Positions 26,406 to 34,501 of a DNA stretch of 54,776 nucleotides are shown in pieces. Numbering within the stretch: position 1 is the first letter of the stretch; every line of letters begins with the position of its first letter. A program made the position numbers and the translations under genes. Source of the stretch: Acidimicrobiia bacterium (GTDB taxonomy: Bacteria > Actinomycetota > Acidimicrobiia > UBA2766); NCBI GenBank assembly GCA_038904395.1, contig JBCKKC010000004.1, positions 1 through 54,776 of the forward strand, read 5' to 3'. The notes beneath the pieces are model-generated. The model was not told the origin of the DNA. It did not search any database and was given only the letters and a program-made list of their open reading frames with translations.

Positions 26406-27650
26406 TTAGAAAATCGAGGGGCACCAGGGGGCGGTGTGCCAAGTGAAGAGGGCATGGGCGCGCTCGAGGGCATCTGGGGTGTGGGCTTCGACCAGGCCTG
26501 CTGCCGACATTGGGCCAATGCGCTTGCCGCCCAGATAGAGCGACCCCAACACTCCGACAGGCATCGTGAGGTCGGGCTTCTTCTTGCTACGAGTGCAGGT
26601 GGCGCCTTCTGCAGAGGCCTCCAGCGTGTAGACACCCTCTGTGGCTGGATTGAACTTGTCGATCAGGCGAAACGTGATATGGCTGTCGGCCAGATATGAC
26701 CGTGCCTCCAAAGCCTTAGGGACGTCAAGTATTCGCAACCACAACGAGTCAGAAACGATGCGCCTGAGTTGTCTCGGGTTGGCCAGCAGATGCACAAGTG
26801 GCTCTTCCAGCGGACGAAACCACGCCTCAACTGTTGGCATCAGATCTAGGCCCAAACAATATTGCCAGGTGGCACGGAGGGCGGCCGTCGTAGCAGCCAT
26901 TGCCTCGACGACATGCAACCTGCCCCCGGGTATTCCACCCTTGTCGAAGGACAACTTAACTCGATAAGCAAGATAGCCGGTAGGATCTCCATCTGTTTCG
27001 CAAACCACAAAGAAGGGCTTGCCAACCCCCGCATGCTCCATGCCCTCTTTGCTGTCCAGCCGATCCTGCCACCAGACTTCTGATTTGCGGCGCATAAAGC
27101 CAGGCTGCTGGGTAAAGCACTTCTCGTAGACAACGGGAAAAAGTTTGAGAGCTTCGTCTTTTTCGATCATCCGCATTGTTGTAGAGCCACTTGCGCTGAT
27201 GCCCGAGTCTTTAAACTGTACGTTTGCGGTGTCGATTGTCCAGGTCGAGCGGGGTGCCGCTGAGCCGTAGCCGAAGCGAGAGTATATGGAGGCTTCCGAC
27301 GACCACAATGCAGCCATTGCTTCGCCTCTGGCGATCACGTCGTCGAGTTGCTCTCGCATCAGCTGTCGCAAGATGCCCCGTCTCGTGTGAGTGGGTAATA
27401 CGCCTACAAGCGAGACTCCCGCAACGGGAAGTTCCCCTCCCGGGACCGACATATCGAAGGACAATACGCTCGCGGTACCAACGATGTTCTTGCCATCGCA
27501 GGCCACATGGCTGCGCTCGGGCTCAACTGTCTGTTCGGTGGTCTTATCGTCGTAGCCAGCTTCACCCGGGTGAAGGCCAAACGCCTTCAGTTCAATCTTC
27601 AGAAACTCTTTTACTTCATCGGGGCGAATTTTTCGGTATTCGATGCTCAT
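26406..27650 (-). CDS. GNAT N-acetyltransferase, Eis-like three-domain type
   Basis: About 414 aa with an N-terminal GNAT pattern (RRGILRQLM). Size, architecture and the terminal ...WCPSIF with C-terminal Phe are typical of the Eis family. Confidence 0.65.
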   Translation of the reverse strand: MSIEYRKIRPDEVKEFLKIELKAFGLHPGEAGYDDKTTEQTVEPERSHVACDGKNIVGTASVLSFDMSVPGGELPVAGVSLVGVLPTHTRRGILRQLMREQLDDVIARGEAMAALWSSEASIYSRFGYGSAAPRSTWTIDTANVQFKDSGISASGSTTMRMIEKDEALKLFPVVYEKCFTQQPGFMRRKSEVWWQDRLDSKEGMEHAGVGKPFFVVCETDGDPTGYLAYRVKLSFDKGGIPGGRLHVVEAMAATTAALRATWQYCLGLDLMPTVEAWFRPLEEPLVHLLANPRQLRRIVSDSLWLRILDVPKALEARSYLADSHITFRLIDKFNPATEGVYTLEASAEGATCTRSKKKPDLTMPVGVLGSLYLGGKRIGPMSAAGLVEAHTPDALERAHALFTWHTAPWCPSIF

Positions 27651-27768
27651 CCGGGTCTCTCATTACCAAGCTTGGTTGAAGTCTGTCGGCCAGTCAGCCA
27701 ATCGATCAGTCTACGCTCACCCCAGACCCTCTCACCAAACTTCGGCGCGTCAACCCCAAATCCGAATT

Positions 27769-27960
27769 GCGGCGTCCGCCGCATTCCATATCCCCCCCTC
27801 CAGCGAGCCACAAGTCTAAACCGGGCGCCCAGGTGGGGGTGGGGAGCTAGTTAGGAAGGGCGGCGGGAGATTCCTGAGCGAGCTTGCGAGCGAATGGAAT
27901 CTGCCCGCCGCCCGCAAGGGCAAAGTTGCGGACAAAGATAGCTTCCACCCACCCCCACCA
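27769..27960 (-). repeat. Family B structured repeat, copy 3 (inverted orientation)
   Basis: The reverse complement aligns with copies 1, 2 and 4 over the core and the terminal hairpin GCGGCGGACGCCGC. Confidence 0.8.
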
Positions 27961-28329
27961 CGAGAGAAGCGGAAAGGTTTAGCTTTCGGCGAGTTCCCTC
28001 TTGACACTGGCTGGTTCTCCCATTACTCTGCCCTTGAATCAAGGACCCGAGTGTACAAGCTGGCTTGAGAGCTCGGGGAAGTGCGATCGGCTGGCAGCCT
28101 CTTCGGGTCCTATTCTTCTCAGTTTCAGCGGGCTTCATTCGTCCTCTCCTTCGCACCTTTGGAGCTCGCTCTTTCTGGAGGATGCAAAAGCCCGAGTCCG
28201 GTCGAAACAAATAGTTGTTAAATTGCAGTAGGAACTCTTGTCAATATGTACAATTTGGGGACCTTTGGCCACACATTGGGTGCCGGGGCCTGGTCAGCCG
28301 TGTGCTGTGCGGCAAATTAATTTAGGGAA

Positions 28330-29856
28330 GTGATCGCAGTGGTTTTACCGGATGCTGCCAAGGTGTACGACAATCCATCCGCTCAAGAGCTGCGCGACCT
28401 GGTTGCGCAGATGCCGAATGCTTCGCACACAGAGTTTAACAACTACAACGTCAAGACCCGGGTCGTAGCACGGTCAAAGGCAAGCACGTTCGTTGTCGAT
28501 GACAATCATCAAAATCACAGTGACCCCTGTATTAGTCGCGAAGACTACAGTCGCGTTGCGAAACTGCAAGACGAATATATTGCTGATCAGGAAATGATCA
28601 AGATTGATGGCTATATCGGCTCCGACCCTCAATTCCGCACGAGAGCTTGCCTCTATGTTGAGAAGGCCAATGCCAACATTGCTGCCATGCAACGCCAACT
28701 CTATTATCCGTGCACTGACACAAGCACTGAGCCCGAAGTCACAGTTGTCTATACCCCTAACCTGGAGGCGCCCGGTTTCCCGAACGACCGTCTCATCGCA
28801 GTTGACCTCGACAACAACGTGACTAGAGTTTTCAATTCTGACTATTTCGGTGAGTCCAAAAAGGGCGGGTTGCGTAAGTGGAATAAGGTCGTTTACGACC
28901 GTGGCGGCCTCTCCTTGCATGCGGGCTGCAAGGTTATCCCTACTGACGATGGTCTCAAGACGTTACTCATCGTGGGCTTATCGGGAACTGGCAAGACGAC
29001 CACTACGTTCACAAGTCAAAATGGTTCTAAGCCGGTCCAAGACGACTTCATTGCGTTGATGCCAGAGGGCCGTGTCTACACCACGGAAAACGGTTGCTTT
29101 GCTAAGACGTTCAAGCTAGACCCTCGCTTTGAGCCGACAATCTATGGGGCAGTCACTTCCAATGGTGCCTATCTGGAAAACGTGAGCCAGACTGGCGAGA
29201 AGCTCGACTTTGCCGACGAGGGCTACACGCAAAATGGTCGAGCTACTTTCGAATTTTCGATGATCGATGCGTTCTCGGGCGACTTGCCACCAGCGAGTGC
29301 CCTGCTGATTTTGAACCGGAACGAGAACATCATTCCGGCGATTGCCAAGCTGACGCCAGATCAAGCTGCTGCCTATTTCATGCTGGGCGAAACGACGGGT
29401 ACGTCAGCGGGAGGTAAAGAGGAAGCTGGTAGGTTCTTGCGTATCCCCGGCACCAACCCGTTCTTTCCTCTGCTGCACGACTATCAGGGCAACCGTATCC
29501 TTGAGCTATTGAAGAGCCATCCACTGGATGTCTATCTGTTGAATACCGGTTCTGTTGGCGGTAAGGCTGGGCAAGAGCAGGCCAAGAAGGTCATGATTCC
29601 CCATTCATCGGCATGTGTGAAGGGCATTGCCGACGGCACGATCGTTTGGAAGACCGATCCCGACTTTGGCTATCAAATAGCGACGTCAATTCCCGGCTTT
29701 GACGATCCCGAACTGCTTGAACCCCGCAAACTCTATGAACGTGAGGGTCGTGCCAATGAGTATGACGAGTGGGTGGCTCGCCTCAAGTCCGAAAGGCGCC
29801 AGTTCCTTGAGAGTTATCCGCAATTGAGCCATGAAATCGTTCAGGCCATAGCGTGA
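28330..29856 (+). CDS. pckA: Phosphoenolpyruvate carboxykinase (ATP)
   Basis: Kinase-1a motif GLSGTGKTTT and overall PEPCK-ATP length. GTG 28339 has better spacing to AGGGAAG than GTG 28330. Confidence 0.85.
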   Translation: MIAVVLPDAAKVYDNPSAQELRDLVAQMPNASHTEFNNYNVKTRVVARSKASTFVVDDNHQNHSDPCISREDYSRVAKLQDEYIADQEMIKIDGYIGSDPQFRTRACLYVEKANANIAAMQRQLYYPCTDTSTEPEVTVVYTPNLEAPGFPNDRLIAVDLDNNVTRVFNSDYFGESKKGGLRKWNKVVYDRGGLSLHAGCKVIPTDDGLKTLLIVGLSGTGKTTTTFTSQNGSKPVQDDFIALMPEGRVYTTENGCFAKTFKLDPRFEPTIYGAVTSNGAYLENVSQTGEKLDFADEGYTQNGRATFEFSMIDAFSGDLPPASALLILNRNENIIPAIAKLTPDQAAAYFMLGETTGTSAGGKEEAGRFLRIPGTNPFFPLLHDYQGNRILELLKSHPLDVYLLNTGSVGGKAGQEQAKKVMIPHSSACVKGIADGTIVWKTDPDFGYQIATSIPGFDDPELLEPRKLYEREGRANEYDEWVARLKSERRQFLESYPQLSHEIVQAIA

Positions 29857-29872
29857 GGGCCTGATTACAACC

Positions 29873-30697
29873 ATGACAAGAATTTGTATTATCGGTGGCG
29901 GCAACATGGGTGGGGCTCTGGCCCAGGGAGTGGTTGAGTCGGGAATCGCAGATCCCGCAAACATCACCGTAGTTGATCGACAAGCCAGTCATTTAGAAAC
30001 GTTCCAGTCGACGCTGGGTGTGACCACGATGACCCATGTCGATGCGACGGCAGCAGACAGCGACATGATCATTCTGGCTGTCAAGCCGCATGATGCCATG
30101 GAAGCATGTCAAGAGTTGGCGCCAAACCTGCAAGCCAACACACTTGTTGTGTCGATTGTGGCCGGCTTGTCGTTGTCGATCCTTGGCGAAGAGTTCCCCA
30201 GCAACGTGGCACTTGCTCGAGTCATGCCCAATGTTCCAGTCATAGTCCGGGCCGGGGTGTCAGCCCTGTGCACGAATGATAATGTAAATGCTGAACAGCT
30301 CAGACTGGTGGAGAGTGTCTTCGGAGCGGTGGGGACGGTTGTTGAAATCCCCGAGCGACACTTCGATGTTGTCACCGCATTGAGCGCTTCTGGGCCTGCC
30401 TATCTGTTCCTTGTCGCCGAAGCACTCATCGATGCCGCCGTCGCCTTAGGACTAATGCGGCAAGATGCGACAATTCTCACTTACAATACGATGGCTGGTG
30501 CTGCTCGCTTGTTGATGGAAGACGAAGCTCATGTGGCTACCCACCGAGCCCGCGTTGTGTCTCCCGGAGGCACTACTGCGGCCGGGCTAGCTGCTCTTGA
30601 AGCCAGGGCTACGAGAGCAGCTTTTTATGAAGCATTGAAGGCTGCCACAGCAAGAAGCCTCGAAATGGCGGACGAGTTTAGCCGCTCCCGCTCCTAA
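29873..30697 (+). CDS. proC: Pyrroline-5-carboxylate reductase
   Basis: N-terminal Rossmann motif ICIIGGGNMGGAL and C-terminal SPGGTTAAGL. Confidence 0.88.
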   Translation: MTRICIIGGGNMGGALAQGVVESGIADPANITVVDRQASHLETFQSTLGVTTMTHVDATAADSDMIILAVKPHDAMEACQELAPNLQANTLVVSIVAGLSLSILGEEFPSNVALARVMPNVPVIVRAGVSALCTNDNVNAEQLRLVESVFGAVGTVVEIPERHFDVVTALSASGPAYLFLVAEALIDAAVALGLMRQDATILTYNTMAGAARLLMEDEAHVATHRARVVSPGGTTAAGLAALEARATRAAFYEALKAATARSLEMADEFSRSRS

Positions 30698-30766
30698 GTT
30701 TTTTGGCTTGGGACTGTACCCCAGGGCTGGACAGACTGGGGCACCAACCTACGGAAAGGTCGCATA

Positions 30767-30865
30767 ATGTCATCGCTAGTCAAAAAGCGGCGCAAGAAGA
30801 TGCGCAAGAAGAAACACAAGAAACTTTTGAAGAAGACTCGTTGGAAGAGGCGTCAACAGGGTTAG
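30767..30865 (+). CDS. Small basic ribosomal protein bS22 (AURKAIP1/COX24-like), 32 aa
   Basis: MSSLVKKRRKKMRKKKHKKLLKKTRWKRRQQG matches the actinobacterial bS22 pattern ([28 protein letters not shown]). GGAAAGG lies upstream. It is too short for the supplied ORF track. Confidence 0.75.
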   Translation: MSSLVKKRRKKMRKKKHKKLLKKTRWKRRQQG

Positions 30866-30898
30866 TTGACTCTAACAAAGATTGTTCATGCACCTGAC

Positions 30899-30927
30899 GG
30901 AGAAAGGCCTCTGCGAGGCCTTTCTCC
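30899..30927 (+). terminator. Hairpin terminator after the bS22 gene
   Basis: 13-bp perfect stem GGAGAAAGGCCTC/GAGGCCTTTCTCC with loop TGC. No T tract. Confidence 0.6.
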
Positions 30928-30963
30928 GTCATTGCGAGCGCAGCGAAGCAACCTAGTCCGTGA
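30927..30963 (+). repeat. A1 element, left half only
   Basis: CGTCATTGCGAGCGCAGCGAAGCAACCTAGTCCGTGA. Confidence 0.7.
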
Positions 30964-31034
30964 CCTGCATGAATGTGGTGGATGTGGTTGACGTCACTCA
31001 ACTACTGGCATTCTGTCGGGGATTGTTCCGGATT

Positions 31035-31075
31035 GGATCCTCACGCCCTGGCTGGCGCCAGGGCTCAGGATGACG
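31035..31075 (-). repeat. A2 hairpin element (inverted orientation)
   Basis: The reverse complement is CGTCATCCTGAGCCCTGGCGCCAGCCAGGGCGTGAGGATCC. Confidence 0.85.
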
Positions 31076-31084
31076 GAGTGGATA

Positions 31085-31906
31085 ATGGCAAAAATCGTTA
31101 CGTTCCTGTCTGACTACGGTTTGACGGACGAATTTGTCGCGGTCTGCGCTGGTGTCGTTCTTCAGATCGAGCCAGAAGCCCGGATCCTCGATGTCTCCCA
31201 CCTTGTTGTGCCGGGTGATGTGCGCTCTGGCGCGCTTACTCTGGCTCGTGCGATCCAATATCTTCCGGTCGGCGTGCATTTGGCCGTTGTTGACCCTGGT
31301 GTAGGCGGTGAGCGTCGAGCCATTGCCCTGCTTACGCAGGATGGGCGCCATTTTGTCGGACCTGACAACGGACTTCTCTCTCCGGCCGTGGCTATCTCTG
31401 GTGGGGCGGCTGAAGCTGTCACGCTTGATCCGTCACGTTGGGGGATGACCGAACCGAGCGCAACTTTCGCTGGTCGGGACGTATTTGCCCCCGCCGCAGG
31501 GGCTCTCGCCGGGGGAGTGGAGCTCGCAGAGCTTGGCGAACCAGTGGCTCCGCAAGAATTGGTGCCGTTGCTTCTGCCCCTGTCTCAAATAGATGGCAGC
31601 GAAGCCCATGGTCTTGTCCTTTGGATAGACCACTATGGCAACGTGCAAACCAACATCACTGAGTCAGATGTTGAAGGCCTCGACATCTCTAGGGGCGACA
31701 CGTTGGTTATCCGGTGGGGCGAGCGCAAAGAACGAATGCCGTTCGTCTCAACCTTTAGTGATGTGGGGGACGCCAAACCCCTGGCGTTTATTGATTCCGT
31801 TGGGCAACTCGCCGTTGCTATCCGTGGCGTTAATGCAGCTGAGCAGCTTGGCATCACCACGAATACTGCGATTCAAATTGAACGGGCCAATCCCTCCCTG
31901 ATTTAG
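31085..31906 (+). CDS. SAM hydroxide adenosyltransferase / SAM hydrolase (DUF62, fluorinase-chlorinase family)
   Basis: IVTFLSDYGLTDEFVAVCAGV ... HLAVVDPGVGGERRAIAL, typical of the family. The ORF is open from 31070, inside the repeat. Confidence 0.75.
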   Translation: MAKIVTFLSDYGLTDEFVAVCAGVVLQIEPEARILDVSHLVVPGDVRSGALTLARAIQYLPVGVHLAVVDPGVGGERRAIALLTQDGRHFVGPDNGLLSPAVAISGGAAEAVTLDPSRWGMTEPSATFAGRDVFAPAAGALAGGVELAELGEPVAPQELVPLLLPLSQIDGSEAHGLVLWIDHYGNVQTNITESDVEGLDISRGDTLVIRWGERKERMPFVSTFSDVGDAKPLAFIDSVGQLAVAIRGVNAAEQLGITTNTAIQIERANPSLI

Positions 31907-31925
31907 ATGATCGGAGCCCGTCGAT

Positions 31926-32040
31926 CGTCATTGCGAGGAGCGTAGCGACGAAGCAACCTAGTCCTTGACTTGCGCTTACGGAAAAGTGACTTACGGACTA
32001 GGTTGCTTCGTCGCCTCAAAGCCGGCTCCTCGCAATGACG
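31926..32040. repeat. A1 palindromic element (best-preserved copy)
   Basis: The left arm CGTCATTGCGAGGAGCGTAGCGACGAAGCAACCTAGTCC is nearly the reverse complement of the right arm GGACTAGGTTGCTTCGTCGC..GCTCCTCGCAATGACG. Confidence 0.85.
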
Positions 32041-32189
32041 GTAGGGGCTTGCTTACTGGCCTCGTACCCGAGAGGACCTGGCCGATACCGAAAATCTGTC
32101 AACGATGTATCCCTTCTGGCCTGAAAAATGTTAGAAATAGAGCGCACAGCTAGTGTCAAGCGGCGCGATGCAATATCATCGGAAGCATT

Positions 32190-33260
32190 ATGGGAAGACG
32201 AGTTCTGATCACAGGCGTGAGCCGCTACTTGGGCGCCATGCTGGCCAAGCGCCTTGAAGCAGATCCTGATGTCGAAACAATCATTGGCGTCGACATTCGA
32301 GAACCACGCATCGAGTTTGAGCGTGTCGAGGTGGTTCGGGCCGACATTCGCAGCCCACTCTTTATCAAAGTCCTGCAGGCGACCCGGGCTGACACCCTGG
32401 TTCATGCCAACGTGATCACCGATGAGCTGGAACTCGGCCGGGGCACCATGGAAGACGTCAACGTCGTGGGCACCCAGCAGCTCCTCGCTGCCTGTCAGAA
32501 GGCCGAAACCATCGAGCGAGTGATCATGAAGAGCTCGACAGAGGTGTACGGCTCCGAGCCAGCAGCGCCCGCATTTTTTACTGAAGAAATGGGTCCTCAA
32601 GCGGCGCCGAAGACTGGTTATCACCGAGACGTGCTTGAGGTCGAGCAATATGCCCGAGACTTTGGCCGCCGCCGACCCGATGTATGTTTGACCGTGCTGC
32701 GCTTTTCCAACATCCTCGGCAACACTGTCAAGAATCCGGTATCAGGCTATTTGGCCCAGCCGTTTGTGCCAACCATCCTCGGATTTGACCCTCGCATCCA
32801 ATTCATCCACGAGGACGACGCTATCGATGTTTTATGTCGGGCCGTCCACAGCGACACGCCTGGTATTTTCAACGTTTCCGCGGACGATACGGTGTATCTA
32901 TCTCAAGGCATCCGTCTCGCCGGTCGCCTGCAGATGGCAATCTTGCCGCCACCGCCCGTCCTTGCCGCTCAAGTGTTGCAAGTCTTGCCGTTCGGTCGCA
33001 TCCCAGCTCACCTGATTCGCTATTTTGCCTATGGGCGAGGCGAAGACAACACCAGGCTCAAGAAAGTATTTGGATACGAGCCCCGCTATACATCACTCGA
33101 CGCAATTGGCGACTTTACCCTCAAGAAGCGGGCCCAGCGAATCGTCAAAGAACCCCACGCTCCGGAATGGGAAGACGATTTGCGCCGCTATATTGACAAG
33201 AAGCTAGCCGAGGGCGACCCTGTTACGGCCGGTGAATCGGGAGGACACATTGATGGCTGA
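32190..33260 (+). CDS. NAD-dependent epimerase/dehydratase (extended SDR)
   Basis: N-terminal RVLITGVSRYLGAML Rossmann motif and extended SDR length. Confidence 0.75.
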   Translation: MGRRVLITGVSRYLGAMLAKRLEADPDVETIIGVDIREPRIEFERVEVVRADIRSPLFIKVLQATRADTLVHANVITDELELGRGTMEDVNVVGTQQLLAACQKAETIERVIMKSSTEVYGSEPAAPAFFTEEMGPQAAPKTGYHRDVLEVEQYARDFGRRRPDVCLTVLRFSNILGNTVKNPVSGYLAQPFVPTILGFDPRIQFIHEDDAIDVLCRAVHSDTPGIFNVSADDTVYLSQGIRLAGRLQMAILPPPPVLAAQVLQVLPFGRIPAHLIRYFAYGRGEDNTRLKKVFGYEPRYTSLDAIGDFTLKKRAQRIVKEPHAPEWEDDLRRYIDKKLAEGDPVTAGESGGHIDG

Positions 33261-34299
33261 GAAACCACAGCGTGAAGCCCGAGTAATTTCAATCACTGAT
33301 GAGTCGCGGCGCAAAGCTCGCAAGATTGGGGCCGGTGAAGTGACCGCATCGACAAGTGCATCAACAAAACGCAAACTTACCCGTGAGGCCGGAAAGTCCA
33401 GGTCGCGGTCCCGATCAGCACCGGTGCCGATTGACGGCGAGCCAGGCGTGCTGACCGGGCTGGTCTCAGATCCCAGGCTAAATGGGTTTACACAATTCGT
33501 GCGCCGACGCCTAAGTGGCCAGTATGTCGTCGATGAATATGGTTATGACGAAGAACTCACCGAAGATGTTCTGCTACCCATCGTGAAGCCGCTCTATGAG
33601 CACTACTGGCGTGTAGAGACCAAAGGTATCGAAAACGTGCCAGCCCACGGCCCAGCCATGCTGGCCTGCAACCACTCAGGCGTGGTGCCCTGGGATGTCG
33701 TCATGGTCATGGTCGCACTACGAGAAGAACACCCAGCCCGCCCAGTCCTACGCATGCTCACGAGCGACAGCATCTGGGACCTACCCTTCATCTCGCAATG
33801 GGCCCGCAAGAGCGGCACCTCAGCGGCATCTGACACCGATGCCCTACGGATGCTCGGCGAAGGCGAACTCGTCGGAATCTTCCCCGAAGGCACAAAAGGC
33901 ATCGGCAAACTGTTCCGTGACCGCTACAAACTACAACGGTTCGTCCGTACCGGCTTCATCGAAGTCGCGCTACGCACCGGGGCCCCCATTATCCCGGTCG
34001 GAATCGTCGGAGCAGAAGAAACCTTCCCAATGCTCGCCAACGCCAGTCCCATCGCTCGCCTCTTGGGACTGCCCTATTTCCCGATCACACCCACGTTTCC
34101 CTTCCTCGGAGCGCTGGGCGCCCTGCCCTTACCATCCAAATGGATTATCGAATTTGGCGAACCAATCGACACCAGCCAATACGGCGCCGAAGCAGCCGCC
34201 GACCCCATGACCGTCTTCAACATCGGCGACGGCATCCGCGACACCCTCCAACAAATCCTCTACCGCAATTTGCTGGAACGAGGGAGTTGGTTCTGGTAG
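33253..34299 (+). CDS. Lysophospholipid (1-acyl-sn-glycerol-3-phosphate) acyltransferase family protein
   Basis: Acyltransferase blocks ACNHSGVVPWD and IFPEGTKG. Overlaps the epimerase gene by 8 nt. Confidence 0.75.
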   Translation: MAEKPQREARVISITDESRRKARKIGAGEVTASTSASTKRKLTREAGKSRSRSRSAPVPIDGEPGVLTGLVSDPRLNGFTQFVRRRLSGQYVVDEYGYDEELTEDVLLPIVKPLYEHYWRVETKGIENVPAHGPAMLACNHSGVVPWDVVMVMVALREEHPARPVLRMLTSDSIWDLPFISQWARKSGTSAASDTDALRMLGEGELVGIFPEGTKGIGKLFRDRYKLQRFVRTGFIEVALRTGAPIIPVGIVGAEETFPMLANASPIARLLGLPYFPITPTFPFLGALGALPLPSKWIIEFGEPIDTSQYGAEAAADPMTVFNIGDGIRDTLQQILYRNLLERGSWFW

Positions 34300-34405
34300 C
34301 TCCGCTTATGTCCTCCTCCTTCTCCGGGGCTTGGGCTTTTCCGGTCTCTCTCGTCGTGGTTGCCCGTTCGCTGGGTCGAAGCAGGTAGTTAGTGACGTTC
34401 CTGTC

Positions 34406-34501
34406 GGAGCGGGACAGGTGCTTAGGCTTGCTCCTGGCGACCTTGTTCGGCCTCCGGCCTCCAAGTCGCATAGTCGCTTCGCCTAACACCTGTCCCGCTC
34501 C
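34406..34501. repeat. Long inverted repeat (21-bp arms with one bulge, ~53-nt spacer) between convergent genes
   Basis: GGAGCGGGACAGGTG(C)TTAGGC pairs with GCCTAACACCTGTCCCGCTCC. The right arm covers the stop codon of 34483-36054. Confidence 0.7.

Noticed and set aside
28241-28254. Possible promoter (TTGTCA ... TACAAT) upstream of pckA
   Set aside because: The two hexamers are only 5 nt apart, so they cannot act as a -35/-10 pair. TACAAT alone is not enough evidence.
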